Notes: generated by a model not told the origin, from the letters alone. A stretch of 64,000 bases of DNA from an uncultured Limibaculum sp. (GCA_964576075.1 CAZNTX010000009.1:992-64991), one strand, 5' to 3'. Shown: positions 19,863 to 30,016, numbered from the stretch's first letter. Program-made: numbers and translations.

Positions 19863-21938
19863 TCAATTGACACCCCCGGGGCCGCCGCCATCGCCACCGC
19901 GCCCGTCTGAGCCGAAGGGCACGAAGTCCGTGCCTGCGTCGTCCTGCACGGCGTCGTCCTGCACGGCGGCGGGCGGAGCCGGCGCCGGCGGCTCGACGGA
20001 GAGGTTGGATGCGCGAAGGAAGCCGGTCCGCCCGTTCCAGAGCACCTGTAGCCACGAGGAGCCCGGAACGCTCCCGATCATCGCCACCCGAGTGCCCTTC
20101 GCGATCCGCGCCAGGCGATCGGATGAAAACGCCGGCGCCGCCCGGAAACTGGTCGCGCGGACTACGTAACCGGTTGTCGGGACAAGCGGTTGCACGCGAA
20201 CCCCGGCAGGGTCCTCTGGCTCGGCGGCGGAGGCCTCGGGGGCCTGCGGCTCCGGCTCGGGGGCGAGGCGCGCGGCGACCCGGGCCTCGGAGACCTTCGA
20301 CTCGAGCGCGGCGAGGGTCGGGCGGGTGAGCCGGCCCTCCGCGGGGAGGTCTTCGGCGCGCTGGAAGGCGGCGAGGGCCGCGCGGGTGCGCTGGCCGAGG
20401 AGGCCGTCGAGCGGCCCCGGGTCGTGGCCGAGGATCGCGAGGCGGGCCTGCAGCGCGCGGAGCGCCGCGCGGCCGAGGCGGAGCTCCGGCTCGGCGGGCT
20501 CGGCCGGCGCGGCGGCGGGGGGCTCCGGCGCGGGGTCCGGGCCGGGATCCGCCGCAGGGTCGGGGAAGCGCCGGCGCACCCAGCGCTCGGGCACCCGCTC
20601 CTGCAGCGCATCGTGGAGCGCTCGGGTGGCCTCTCCGGTGACCGGGCCGCGGCCGCGGCCCTCGTAGAGACGGATCGCCTCGGCGAGGCCCTCGGAGAGC
20701 CGGCCGTCGAGGGGGCCGTCATAGAGGTTCAGCACGGCGAGGCGGGCCTGGATCGCACGGATCTCCGTGGCGTCGAGGTCGGTGTCGCCGGCATCGGGGG
20801 CGGGATCGGGGGGCGGCGCGGCGGGCGGCGCGTCCCGCGGCTCCGCCCCGCCGCCCGGGCGCAGAATGGCGAGCTGCTCGGGGTCGAGAGCGCCGTCGGC
20901 CGCGCCCTCGTCCGGCCGCTCTGGGGCCTGCCCCGGGGGATCGGACGGCGCCTCCGCCACCGCGGCCGCCGCGGCCTCGAGCGCGGCGAGGCGGCGGCGG
21001 GCGACGGGGGCGAAGATGCCCTCGGGAAAGCGATCGAGATAGTCTCTATAATCCCTCGGGTCGTCGCTGTCGGCGATGGCGGCGACGAAGGCGGCCTCGA
21101 TGGCGGCGCGGTCGGGGACGCCCGGGGCGGGGTCGGGCGCCGGGCCGGGCTCGGGCGGGCGGAGGAACAGATCGGCCGCCGAGAGCGAGGCGTAATGCGC
21201 AGGCTCCTGGCGCCCGGCGGTCTTTGCGAGCACGTCGTCGCGGACCTGCCGGAAGAGCTTGCCGATCTCGAGCCCGGGCGTGCGCAAGGCGGCCGCCAGA
21301 GCCTCGGCATAGGGCGAGTTGCGCCCCGCCCCGTCGGCGGCGACGGTGCCGGCGCGGGCGGCATAGGCGACGATCTCGTTGTCGTCGATCCCCGTGACGA
21401 GCGTCAGACCGCGCCCGAGGCCGAGATCGGCGGAGCGGGTTCCGGCCTCGGCGATCATGCGCTCGGCGAAGGGGTTGTTGCGGCAGGCATCGAGGATCAC
21501 GACGCTCAGCCGCGAGGCCGGGCGCACCGTGCGGCGGAAGAAGTCGAGCGGCATGGCGTGAAAGGGGATGTCGCCGGGCGCGGTGACATCGGCATCGACC
21601 GGCATCAGATAGTTGCGCTGGCGCCACTCCATGCCGTGGCCGGCGAAATAGAGCACCGCGATCTCGGCCTCCGCGGCGCGGCGGCGGAAGCGGTCGAGGC
21701 CGCGCCGGAGCGTCTCGAAATCGGCGTCGAGGAGGGTGGCGGTCTCGAAGCCCACCTCCTCGAGGGCGGCGGCGATCTCCGCGGCGTCGTTCGCGGGATT
21801 GGCGAGGGCGGGCGCCCGCTCGTAGGCCGCGTTGCCGATGACGAGGGCGACCCGCTCGGCGGCCGCGGCGAGCCCCGGACAGCAAACCAGGACCAGAAGG
21901 ACGAGACCGACTTTCACGATATACCCCCCGACGCGCAT
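19863..21938 (-). CDS. Caspase-family (C14) peptidase with two peptidoglycan-binding domains and an SH3-like C-terminus
   Basis: RVALVIGNAAY, LYFAGHG and ILDACRNNPF give the His/Cys dyad. LQARLAILGHDPGPLDGLLGQRTRAALAAFQ is PG_binding_1-like. An N-terminal signal/TM segment is present. Confidence 0.88.
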   Translation of the reverse strand: MRVGGYIVKVGLVLLVLVCCPGLAAAAERVALVIGNAAYERAPALANPANDAAEIAAALEEVGFETATLLDADFETLRRGLDRFRRRAAEAEIAVLYFAGHGMEWRQRNYLMPVDADVTAPGDIPFHAMPLDFFRRTVRPASRLSVVILDACRNNPFAERMIAEAGTRSADLGLGRGLTLVTGIDDNEIVAYAARAGTVAADGAGRNSPYAEALAAALRTPGLEIGKLFRQVRDDVLAKTAGRQEPAHYASLSAADLFLRPPEPGPAPDPAPGVPDRAAIEAAFVAAIADSDDPRDYRDYLDRFPEGIFAPVARRRLAALEAAAAAVAEAPSDPPGQAPERPDEGAADGALDPEQLAILRPGGGAEPRDAPPAAPPPDPAPDAGDTDLDATEIRAIQARLAVLNLYDGPLDGRLSEGLAEAIRLYEGRGRGPVTGEATRALHDALQERVPERWVRRRFPDPAADPGPDPAPEPPAAAPAEPAEPELRLGRAALRALQARLAILGHDPGPLDGLLGQRTRAALAAFQRAEDLPAEGRLTRPTLAALESKVSEARVAARLAPEPEPQAPEASAAEPEDPAGVRVQPLVPTTGYVVRATSFRAAPAFSSDRLARIAKGTRVAMIGSVPGSSWLQVLWNGRTGFLRASNLSVEPPAPAPPAAVQDDAVQDDAGTDFVPFGSDGRGGDGGGPGGVN

Positions 21939-22047
21939 CCCTTCGTTGCACCATAGCGGCCGCAGGGGCGGTGTCGCAAACGCGGCGCGGTTGAGACGGG
22001 GCGCGGGGCGGGCTATGCAGAGGCGTGGACGCAGGGAGGAGGAACCG

Positions 22048-22431
22048 ATGCGCCGTCTCGCCAGCCATGCCGCCCGGGGGGCCGCGCTCGCCGCCCTGCT
22101 CACGGGCGGCGCCTGTTCGCTGCCCACGGAGGCGATCTCCCCGCCCGAGGGCACGACGCTCTTCGTCGACGGGCGCGAGGTGATCCTGCGCGCGCGCTAC
22201 GACCCGTTCCAGTTCGCCTACTACACCGAGGTGATCCCGCTGCGCGGCCGGATGGACGCGATACCGCGGGAGGAGGCGATCCGCATCGTCGAGGAGGAGT
22301 TCGGGCCGCAGGTCTGCGGCGGCGGCCCGCTTGCGGTCTCCGGCGGGGCGTGGGGGGTGATCGCGCCCGCCGAGGCGGTGCACGAATACCCCACGCGCGG
22401 GGGCTGGCAGATCCTCGCCTCCTGCGCCTGA
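22048..22431 (+). CDS. Putative lipoprotein
   Basis: GGAGGAGG RBS and a signal peptide ending LLTGGAC (lipobox-like). Confidence 0.75.
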   Translation: MRRLASHAARGAALAALLTGGACSLPTEAISPPEGTTLFVDGREVILRARYDPFQFAYYTEVIPLRGRMDAIPREEAIRIVEEEFGPQVCGGGPLAVSGGAWGVIAPAEAVHEYPTRGGWQILASCA

Positions 22432-22510
22432 GCGCGCGCAGGGGGCCGCTCCTTGTCACCCGCCGATGCGCGCACTATGACGGGCCAAAAGGTATCCCGA
22501 CGAGGTTCCC

Positions 22511-23257
22511 ATGGCCGGCCACTCCAAATGGGCGAACATCCAGCACCGCAAGGGGCGCCAGGACGCCGCGCGCTCCAAGCTCTTCTCCAAGCTCGCCAAA
22601 GAGATCACCGTCGCGGCGAAGATGGGCGATCCGGACCCGGAGAAGAACCCCCGCCTGCGCCTCGCCGTGAAGGAGGCGAAATCCAATTCGGTGCCGAAGG
22701 ACGTCATCGAGCGCGCGATCAAGAAATCCCAGGGCGGCGACGCCGAGACCTACGAGGAGATCCGCTACGAGGGCTACGGCCCCGGCGGCGTCGCCATGAT
22801 CGTCGAGGCGCTGACGGACAACCGTAACCGCACCGCCTCCAACGTCCGCTCCACCTTCTCCAAGCACGGCGGCAATCTCGGCGAGACGGGCTCGGTCGGC
22901 TTCATGTTCGACCGCAAGGGGCAGATCGTCTATCCGGCGAGCGTCGCCGATGCCGACACCGTGATGGAGGCCGCGATCGAGGCCGGGGCGGAGGACGTCG
23001 AGAGCTCCGAGGACGGGCACATCGTCTACACCGAGGCGGGCGAGCTCGCCGCCGTCTCCCAGGCGCTCGAGGAGGCGCTCGGCGAGTCGGAGACCACCAA
23101 GCTCGTCTGGAAGCCGCAGACGCTCACCCCGGTCGACGAGACGACGGGCGCGACGCTCATGAAGCTCATGACCGCCCTCGAGGACGACGACGACGTGCAG
23201 ACCGTCACGGCGAATTTCGACATGTCCGACGAGGTGATGGAGAAGCTCGCCTCCTGA
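22511..23257 (+). CDS. yebC: YebC/PmpR family protein
   Basis: [37 protein letters not shown] and LEDDDDVQ. Confidence 0.97.
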   Translation: MAGHSKWANIQHRKGRQDAARSKLFSKLAKEITVAAKMGDPDPEKNPRLRLAVKEAKSNSVPKDVIERAIKKSQGGDAETYEEIRYEGYGPGGVAMIVEALTDNRNRTASNVRSTFSKHGGNLGETGSVGFMFDRKGQIVYPASVADADTVMEAAIEAGAEDVESSEDGHIVYTEAGELAAVSQALEEALGESETTKLVWKPQTLTPVDETTGATLMKLMTALEDDDDVQTVTANFDMSDEVMEKLAS

Positions 23258-23279
23258 TCGCAGCCGCCGGAGGCCGCCC

Positions 23280-24176
23280 ATGAGCGACGCGCTGACCGAC
23301 GCACACCGCAAGGCCGGCGCCGCTTGGGACGGGGCCGCGGCGGGCTCTTACGCCAATTGGTGGGAGGTGCCGGGCCTCGCGGGCTATGTCGACGGGCGCA
23401 TCGCCGAGGCGCTGCTCGGCCCTGGCGCCTCCGGCGAGGGGGGCGTGCCCGCCATCCTGCGCACGGCGCTCGGGGAGGCGGCGCCGCTCGGCCTCGGCGT
23501 CTCCATCGGCTGCGGGTCGGGGGGCAAGGAGCGCGGGCTCCTCGCCGCCGGCGTCGTCGAGCGGATGCGCCTCTTCGAGGTCTCCCCCGCCCGGCTCGCC
23601 CGTGCAGAGGAGGCGGCCGCGGCGGAGGGGCTCGGCCCCCGCGTCGACTGCGTCCTGGCCGACGGCTTCGCGGTCGACCACCCGCCCTACGATCTCGTCT
23701 ACTGGGACCATGCGCTGCACCACATGTTCGACGTGGACCGGGCCGTGGCCTGGAGCGTGGCGGCGCTGAGGCCCGGGGGCTGGCTTTTCGTGAACGACTA
23801 TATCGGGCCGACCCGGCTGCAATGGCCCTGGGCGCAGAGCCTCTTCGTGCGCCGCGCGCTGATCGACGTCTCGGCCCATCTGCCCGCCCCGATCCGCCGC
23901 CCCCGCTTCCGCACTCCCCTCGACCGCTGGCGGCTGAAGCGGCGCGACCCCTCGGAGGCGCCGCAGAGCGACCGGATCGCGGCCGCCATCGCGGCCCATG
24001 CCCCGGGGATGCGCCTCGCCCCGCTCGGCGGCGCCGTGCTCAACATCGCGGGCCACGCGCTCGCCACCGCCCCGGGGATCGACGCCGCCATCGACCGCGT
24101 CATCGCCTGGGACCGCGAAGCCGAGGCCCGCGGCTACGTCCATTTCGCCGCCGGGCTCTGGCAGAAGCCCGCCTGA
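23280..24176 (+). CDS. Class I SAM-dependent methyltransferase
   Basis: GVSIGCGSGG (motif I), YDLVYWDHALHHMFD, ALRPGGWLFVNDYIGP. Confidence 0.85.
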   Translation: MSDALTDAHRKAGAAWDGAAAGSYANWWEVPGLAGYVDGRIAEALLGPGASGEGGVPAILRTALGEAAPLGLGVSIGCGSGGKERGLLAAGVVERMRLFEVSPARLARAEEAAAAEGLGPRVDCVLADGFAVDHPPYDLVYWDHALHHMFDVDRAVAWSVAALRPGGWLFVNDYIGPTRLQWPWAQSLFVRRALIDVSAHLPAPIRRPRFRTPLDRWRLKRRDPSEAPQSDRIAAAIAAHAPGMRLAPLGGAVLNIAGHALATAPGIDAAIDRVIAWDREAEARGYVHFAAGLWQKPA

Positions 24177-24179
24177 GCC

Positions 24180-24989
24180 TCAGCCCGCGGGCGCGAGCGC
24201 GCCGCCGATGCGGATCGGGGTGAGTCTCCGGGCGAGGCCGGTGCGGTCGTCGGTCTCCACCAGCACGCCCGAGAGCGTCGCCTCCGCCTCCGCCGGCGTG
24301 AAGCGGCCCGCCCCCATGCCGGTGACGAAGCGCTTGAGCGGCTCCTCCTTGTCCATGCCGATCACGCTGTCATAGGCGCCGCACATGCCCGCATCGGTCT
24401 GATAGGCGGTGCCGCGGGGGAGGATCATGGAATCCGCCGTCGGCACATGGGTGTGGCTGCCGATCACGAGCGAGGCGCGCCCGTCGCACCAATGCCCGAT
24501 CGCCATCTTCTCCGAGGTCGCCTCCGCATGGATCTCCACCACCGCCGCATCGCAGCCGGCCCCGAGCGGATGGCGCTTCAGCGCCGCCTCGATGGCGGAG
24601 AACGGATCGTCGAAGGGCCGGTTCATGAAGACCCGCCCGAGCGCCACCGCGACGAGCACCCGCCGCCCCCGCGGCGCCTCGAAGACGGCCGCCCCCCGCC
24701 CCGGCGCGGTCTTGGCGAAGTTGAGCGGGCGGAGGATGCGCGGCTCGCCCTCGATGGCCGCGATCATCTCCTTCTGGTCGAAGGCGTGGTCGCCGAGGGT
24801 GATCGCATCGGCCCCCGCCGCGAGAAGCTCGGCGGCGATGGCGGCGGTCAGCCCGTAGCCCGCCGCCGCGTTCTCCGCGTTGACGATGGCGAAATCGGCG
24901 CGGAGCTCGGATTTGAGCCCCGCGAGCCGGTCGATCAGCGCGGCGCGGCCGGTGCGGCCCACCACGTCTCCGAGGAAGAGGATACGCAT
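24180..24989 (-). CDS. ymdB: TIGR00282/YmdB family metallophosphoesterase
   Basis: MRILFLGDVVG, IVNAENAAAG, TLGDHAFDQ, EIHAEATSEK, GSHTHVPTAD and YQTDAGMCG. Confidence 0.93.
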   Translation of the reverse strand: MRILFLGDVVGRTGRAALIDRLAGLKSELRADFAIVNAENAAAGYGLTAAIAAELLAAGADAITLGDHAFDQKEMIAAIEGEPRILRPLNFAKTAPGRGAAVFEAPRGRRVLVAVALGRVFMNRPFDDPFSAIEAALKRHPLGAGCDAAVVEIHAEATSEKMAIGHWCDGRASLVIGSHTHVPTADSMILPRGTAYQTDAGMCGAYDSVIGMDKEEPLKRFVTGMGAGRFTPAEAEATLSGVLVETDDRTGLARRLTPIRIGGALAPAG

Positions 24990-25030
24990 GGCGCCCCGTC
25001 TAGGCCCCGCGGCCCCGCCCCGCAAGCGCC

Positions 25031-25519
25031 TCAGAGCCGGCGGTGCATGACCAGCGCGTCGACGAGGCCGAGGCGGGGATGGCGGAAGGCCTCCGGTATG
25101 CGCCCGATCACGGCGAAGCCCGCCCGCTCCCAGGTGGCCACCGCGCGGATGTTGCTCGCGACGACGAAGTTGAACTGCATCGCCCGGAAGCCCTGCCCCC
25201 GGGCGCGGTCCATCGCGTCGGCGAGCATGGCGCGGGCGACGCCCCGGCCCTCGGCCCCCGGCGCGGTCACGAATCCCGCATTGGCCACATGATCCCCCCC
25301 GCCCCTCTGGTTCGCCATCAGGTAATAGCTGCCGAGCGCCGCGCCCCCCTCCTCGGCGAGGAAGGCGGCATGCGGCGGGTCGCGCCAGAAAGCGAGCGCC
25401 TCGGCGCGCGAGACGTCGCGCGGCACGCAATAGGTCTCCCCGGCGCGAAAGACGGGCTCGAGCATCGCCCAGAGCGCCGCGTCGTCGCCCGGGCCCGCGG
25501 GGCGGAGGGAGAGGCTCAC
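25031..25519 (-). CDS. GNAT family N-acetyltransferase
   Basis: RAGETY, HVANAGF, GRGVARAM and AMQFNFVVASN. The GTG start overlaps the ygfA stop (GTGA). Confidence 0.88.
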   Translation of the reverse strand: MSLSLRPAGPGDDAALWAMLEPVFRAGETYCVPRDVSRAEALAFWRDPPHAAFLAEEGGAALGSYYLMANQRGGGDHVANAGFVTAPGAEGRGVARAMLADAMDRARGQGFRAMQFNFVVASNIRAVATWERAGFAVIGRIPEAFRHPRLGLVDALVMHRRL

Positions 25520-26103
25520 GGGCGCAGCGTCTCGCGCTCGGTCACCACCGCGTCGAGGCGCTGGTCGGTCGCGTCGCGCGGAACCGCCGGGATCTCCTGC
25601 GCCGCATAGGCGACGCCCACGGCCCGGGTCGGCCGGCGCGCGCGCAGCTTGGCGAGCGTGCGGTCGTAGAACCCCCCGCCATAGCCGAGGCGCCAGAGCC
25701 CCCGGTCGAAGGCCAGGAGCGGGGCGATCAGGAGATCGGGCTCGAGCCAGTCCCCCTCGGCCGGGATCTCCGCGCCGAACGGCCCCGCGACCATCTCCAC
25801 GCCCGGCCGCCATTCCCGGAAGGCGAGCGGCAGCCCCTTGCCCTCGATGACCGGCACGCAGAGCCTGAGCCCGCGGTCGAGCAGCGCCGTCATGAGCGGG
25901 GTCGGGTCGATCTCGGTGCGGATCGGGCGGTAGCCGGAGACGACCGCCACCCCCCCGGCGAAGCCCTCCGCGAGGAAACGCTCGGCAGCAGCCTCCGCGG
26001 CCCCGGCGCCCGCGGCATGGGCCGCCTTGCGCGCGGCGAAGGCGGCCTTGCGGGCCGCGGCCTTCTCGGCGGCGAGATCGGGGGCGTCGGACGAGTCGCT
26101 CAT
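25516..26103 (-). CDS. ygfA: 5-formyltetrahydrofolate cyclo-ligase
   Basis: SGYRPIRTEIDP, PDLLIAPLLAFD, RLGYGGGFYDRTL and DQRLDAVVTE. Confidence 0.95.
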   Translation of the reverse strand: MSDSSDAPDLAAEKAAARKAAFAARKAAHAAGAGAAEAAAERFLAEGFAGGVAVVSGYRPIRTEIDPTPLMTALLDRGLRLCVPVIEGKGLPLAFREWRPGVEMVAGPFGAEIPAEGDWLEPDLLIAPLLAFDRGLWRLGYGGGFYDRTLAKLRARRPTRAVGVAYAAQEIPAVPRDATDQRLDAVVTERETLRP

Positions 26104-26142
26104 GCGCCCACTCGGCACGCGGGCGGCCCGCCGGTCAAGGGG

Positions 26143-26308
26143 GCGGCGGGCCCGTTGCGACCGTGGAGGGGACAGATCCTCGCGAGCCTGGATTACCAGG
26201 TGGGCGCCGGATGCGCGAGGCCACGGCCAAGCACAGAGCCAGCTCCCGCGAGAGAGATATGGCCACCAGGATTCTGACCTCGCACGAGAGGAACAGCACC
26301 CGCCTGTC
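26143..26308 (-). ncRNA. ssrS: 6S RNA (ends approximate)
   Basis: Canonical position directly upstream of ygfA. The minus strand carries alphaproteobacterial 6S motifs (AGAATCCT..GGCCATATC..GGGAGCTGGCTCTGTG..CCGTGG..GGCGCCCACCT..AGGATCT). The 5' GGCGGG pairs with the 3' CCCGCC. Confidence 0.85.
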
Positions 26309-26387
26309 AGCTACATAATCTCGCCGCCCCCGCCTGCATAGCCCCGCAGATCTCGGCGGGCGCGCACGTCGCCCTCGGCGACGGGCG

Positions 26388-26422
26388 GCGGGCGCGGGAG
26401 GCTCGATGCCTCCCGCGCCCGC
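26388..26422 (-). terminator. 15-bp perfect GC hairpin downstream of purC, possible terminator
   Basis: GCGGGCGCGGGAGGC-TCGAT-GCCTCCCGCGCCCGC. There is no clear U-tract. Confidence 0.45.
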
Positions 26423-26524
26423 TCCCCCCCAATCAAGCGCTCCCGCCGCTCGCCGAGCCCGCACCCCGCGCCGATCGGCGGCAACGCGCCCCGGCGCCGC
26501 GGCGCGCGGCAGGGCCGCCGGCGG

Positions 26525-27286
26525 TCAGTGGACGAGCTTCGGCCCGCGCTTGCCGTTGCCCGCCTCCGGCAGGATGCCGAGCCGGCGCGCCACCTCGGTA
26601 TAGGCGTCCGACAGCGAGCCGAGATCGCGGCGGAACACGTCCTTGTCGAGCTTCTGCCCGGTCTTCACGTCCCAGAGCCGGCAGCTGTCGGGGCTGATCT
26701 CGTCGGCCAGGATGATGCGCTGATAGTCCCCGTCCCAGATCCGCCCGGTCTCGATCTTGAAGTCGACGAGCTTGATCCCGACGCCGAGGAACAGCCCGGA
26801 GAGGAAATCGTTCACCCGCAGCGCGAGCGAGATCATGTCGTCCACATCCTGCTGCGTCGCCCAATTGAAGGCGAGGATGTGCTCCTCGGTGACCATCGGA
26901 TCGCCGAGCTTGTCGTCCTTGTAGTAGAACTCGATGATCGGCCGGGGCAGCGCCGTCCCCTCCTCGATCCCGAGCCGCTTCGACAGCGACCCGGCCGCGA
27001 CATTGCGCACCACCACCTCGACGGGAATGATCTCGCAGGCGCGGATCAACTGCTCACGCATGTTGATGCGGCGGATGAAATGGTTGGGGATGCCGACGCC
27101 CGTCAGCGACGACATGATGTATTCGGAGATGCGGTTGTTCAGCACCCCCTTGCCGTCGATCACGTCGTGCTTCTCGGCGTTGAAGGCCGTGGCGTCGTCC
27201 TTGAAATACTGGATGTAAGTCCCCGGCTCGGGGCCCTCGTAAAGTATCTTCGCCTTGCCTTCGTAGACCAGCCTGCGCCGCGCCAT
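26525..27286 (-). CDS. purC: SAICAR synthetase
   Basis: [53 protein letters not shown] and [10 protein letters not shown]. Confidence 0.97.
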   Translation of the reverse strand: MARRRLVYEGKAKILYEGPEPGTYIQYFKDDATAFNAEKHDVIDGKGVLNNRISEYIMSSLTGVGIPNHFIRRINMREQLIRACEIIPVEVVVRNVAAGSLSKRLGIEEGTALPRPIIEFYYKDDKLGDPMVTEEHILAFNWATQQDVDDMISLALRVNDFLSGLFLGVGIKLVDFKIETGRIWDGDYQRIILADEISPDSCRLWDVKTGQKLDKDVFRRDLGSLSDAYTEVARRLGILPEAGNGKRGPKLVH

Positions 27287-27430
27287 GGGGAAACTCCATG
27301 AGAATGGGGGCGCCGGCGGGAGGCCCGCCACGCCGTCCCCAGTCTATAAGAACCGAGGGACGCCGCGGCAAGGTGCGGGACCGGAATTGCCCGCAGGGCG
27401 GGGGCGGCGGGGCCCCCGCTTCGGACCGGA

Positions 27431-27841
27431 TCATTGCGAGACGTCGGCCCCGGTGCGCGGCGCGTCGTTCTCGAAGATCGAGCGGCCCGCCTCGCGATCG
27501 GCGTCGAAGACCGACATCTCCTCGGCGCTCAGCATCCGGTCGCGGTCGGTGTCGTAGGTCGCGAAGGCGCCGACGGTGAGCTCGGCCCTGTCGAGCGCGC
27601 CGCTATCGTCGAGATCGGCCATCTCGAAGACCCGGTCGGGCTCCGAGAGACCGACCTCCGCGGGGCTCAGCGCGCCGTTGCCGTCGTCGTCATAGCGGTC
27701 GAAGGTGTTGGCCGCGGTGTAGCCCGAGACGAACTCCCCGGCATTCACCTGCCCGTCGTCGTTGTCGTCCCAGGTGACGGCGAGCGCCGGAGCGGCGGCG
27801 AGGCCCAGCATGGCGGCGATGGCGGTCGTCCTGGCGAGCAT
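27431..27841 (-). CDS. Secreted EF-hand-like repeat protein
   Basis: AAAGGAGG RBS and signal peptide. Four DxDxDG-type loops: DDNDDGQVNAGE, DDDGNGALSPAE, DLDDSGALDRAE and DTDRDRMLSAEE. Confidence 0.8.
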   Translation of the reverse strand: MLARTTAIAAMLGLAAAPALAVTWDDNDDGQVNAGEFVSGYTAANTFDRYDDDGNGALSPAEVGLSEPDRVFEMADLDDSGALDRAELTVGAFATYDTDRDRMLSAEEMSVFDADREAGRSIFENDAPRTGADVSQ

Positions 27842-27993
27842 GTCAGCCTCCTTTCGTTTGTCTGACATCGCCGCACCTAATCGGTCGCGCGCGGCGATCA
27901 ACCGGCCCGGCCGCGATTTGGCGCATTGCGGGAAAGGCCGCGGCGTTTCATGGTCGCGCCCGGACAGAATCGCCCGGGACAGGGAGGCAGGAG

Positions 27994-28317
27994 ATGACGA
28001 CCTTCGACGAGCGCGAGCAGGCGTTCGAGGCCAAGTTCGCCCATGACGCCGAGATGCAGTTCATGGCCGAGGCGCGCCGCGCCAAGCAGCTCGGCCTCTG
28101 GGCCGGCAAGCAGCTCGGGCTCAACGAGCAAGGCGTCGTGCTCTATGCCAAGCGCATCCTCTCGCGCAGCCTCGAGCAGCCCGGCATCGACCATGTGGTC
28201 GCGCAGATCGAGAGCGATCTGAAGATGGCCGGCGTCGAGCCCGAGAGCCCGGTCGCCGCAAAGGCCGCGGAGCTCCTCGCCCAGGCGAAAGACAGCCTCC
28301 TCAAGGAAGGCTACTGA
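27994..28317 (+). CDS. DUF1476 protein (F1Fo-ATPase inhibitor zeta subunit family)
   Basis: MTTFDEREQAFEAKFAHDAEMQF.AEARR.K.LGLWA signature. Confidence 0.92.
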   Translation: MTTFDEREQAFEAKFAHDAEMQFMAEARRAKQLGLWAGKQLGLNEQGVVLYAKRILSRSLEQPGIDHVVAQIESDLKMAGVEPESPVAAKAAELLAQAKDSLLKEGY

Positions 28318-28474
28318 GCCCTCCACGGGCGCGCCCCTATCCGACGGGGCGCCCGCGCGGCGCCCCCGGCGGCGCGCGCGGCGGGGCGGGGCTCGATGCC
28401 CCGCATCGCCGCCCCCCTCCGAGCCCTTGACCTCCGCGGCCCGCCCGCTTTCTTCGCCCGCGGGAGGATGGAGC

Positions 28475-30016
28475 ATGCCCTGTGCCGCGGACCGGCCGGT
28501 CACGGTCGTCTGGTTCAAGCGCGATCTGAGGACGGAGGACCACGCGCCGCTCGCCGAGGCCGCGGCCCGCGGCGATCGCGTCGTGCCCCTCTATATCGTC
28601 GAGCCGGAGCTCTGGGCTCAGCCGGTCGCGAGCGCGCGGCAGTGGCGCTTCGTCGCCGGCGCCCTCGAGGCGCTCGCGGAGGAGCTCGCCGGCCTCGGCG
28701 CCCCCCTGACGATCCGCACCGGCGACGCCGTCGAGACCCTCGCCGCGCTCCGCTCGGAGATCGGCCCCTTCACCCTCGCCTCCCACGAGGAGACCGGCGA
28801 CGCCTGGACCTTCGCGCGCGACCGCAGCGTCGCCGCCTGGGCCCGCGCCGAGGGCGTGCCCTGGGAGGAGCGCCCCGCCGCCGGGGTCGTCCGCCGCCTC
28901 CCGAGCCGCGACGGCTGGGCCGAGCGCTGGGACCGGCGCATGCTCGAGACCCAGCGCCCCGCCCCCGCCGCCCTGCCCCCGCACGGCCTCGCCCCCGGCG
29001 CGCTCCCCTCCGAGCGCGATCTCGGCCTCGCCCCGGACCCCGCCGAGGCGCTGCCCGCCTCCGCCCTCGCCGCCCGCGAGACGCTCGAGGGCTTCCTCCA
29101 CGCCCGCGGGCGGGACTACCGCCGCGCCATGTCCTCCCCCGTCACCGCCTACGATGCCTGCTCGCGCCTCTCGCCCCATCTCGCCTGGGGCACGATCTCC
29201 ACCCGCGCCTGCTACCAGGCCGCTCTCGAGGTCAAGCGCACCCACACCGACGGCACATGGCGCGCCTCCATCGACAGCTTCGCCGCGCGGCTCCACTGGC
29301 GCTGCCATTTCATGCAGAAGCTCGAGGACGAGCCCGAGATCGAGCACCGCTGCATGCACCCGCTCTACGAGGGCCTGCGCGAGGGCGACCACGACCCCGC
29401 CCGTCTCGCCGCCTGGGAGCGGGGCGAGACCGGCCTGCCCATGGTCGATGCCTGCCTGCGCGCCCTCCGCGCCACCGGCTGGCTCAATTTCCGCATGCGC
29501 GCGATGGTCGTCTCGGTCGCCGCCTATCACCTCTGGCTCGACTGGCGCCGCTTCGGCCCCCCGCTCGCCCGCCTCTTCACCGATTTCGAGCCCGGCATCC
29601 ACTGGAGCCAGTGCCAGATGCAATCGGGCACCACGGGCATCAACACGCTGCGCGTCTACAACCCCGTCAAGCAGTCGAAGGACCAGGATCCGGAGGGGGT
29701 CTTCCTCCGCCGCTGGCTGCCGGAACTCGCAGGCGTGCCCGAGGGCTACGTCCACGAACCCTGGAAGATGCCGGAGAGCGTCGCCCGCGCGAGCGGCTGC
29801 CGGATCGGGACGGACTACCCCGCCCCCATCGTCGAGCCCGTCGCCGCCGCCCGGGCGGCGCGCGAGCGCGTCTATGCCCGCCGCCGCGCGGAGGGCTTCG
29901 CGGAGGCCAAGAGCGCAGTGCTGACCCGCCACGCCTCGCGCCGCCGCCCGCGCGGCGAGGACCCCGCCCCGAAGCGCCGCCGCAGCGAGCCGAAGCAGAC
30001 GCGGTTCGATTTCTGA
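28475..30016 (+). CDS. Cryptochrome/DNA photolyase family FAD-binding protein
   Basis: VVWFKRDLRTEDH, CSRLSPHLAWG, WRCHFMQKLE, TGWLNFRMRAM, DFEPGIHWSQCQMQSGTTGINTLRVYNP. Confidence 0.92.
   Translation: MPCAADRPVTVVWFKRDLRTEDHAPLAEAAARGDRVVPLYIVEPELWAQPVASARQWRFVAGALEALAEELAGLGAPLTIRTGDAVETLAALRSEIGPFTLASHEETGDAWTFARDRSVAAWARAEGVPWEERPAAGVVRRLPSRDGWAERWDRRMLETQRPAPAALPPHGLAPGALPSERDLGLAPDPAEALPASALAARETLEGFLHARGRDYRRAMSSPVTAYDACSRLSPHLAWGTISTRACYQAALEVKRTHTDGTWRASIDSFAARLHWRCHFMQKLEDEPEIEHRCMHPLYEGLREGDHDPARLAAWERGETGLPMVDACLRALRATGWLNFRMRAMVVSVAAYHLWLDWRRFGPPLARLFTDFEPGIHWSQCQMQSGTTGINTLRVYNPVKQSKDQDPEGVFLRRWLPELAGVPEGYVHEPWKMPESVARASGCRIGTDYPAPIVEPVAAARAARERVYARRRAEGFAEAKSAVLTRHASRRRPRGEDPAPKRRRSEPKQTRFDF

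Noticed and set aside
19936-19965. 15-bp tandem duplication encoding AVQDD twice
   Set aside because: In-frame duplication in a low-complexity C-terminal tail; ordinary slippage.
26388-28404. Hairpins sharing a GC-TCGAT-GC loop (26388-26422 and 28386-28404) as a REP family
   Set aside because: The stems differ in sequence, and the 9-mer also occurs in coding DNA; two cases do not establish a family.
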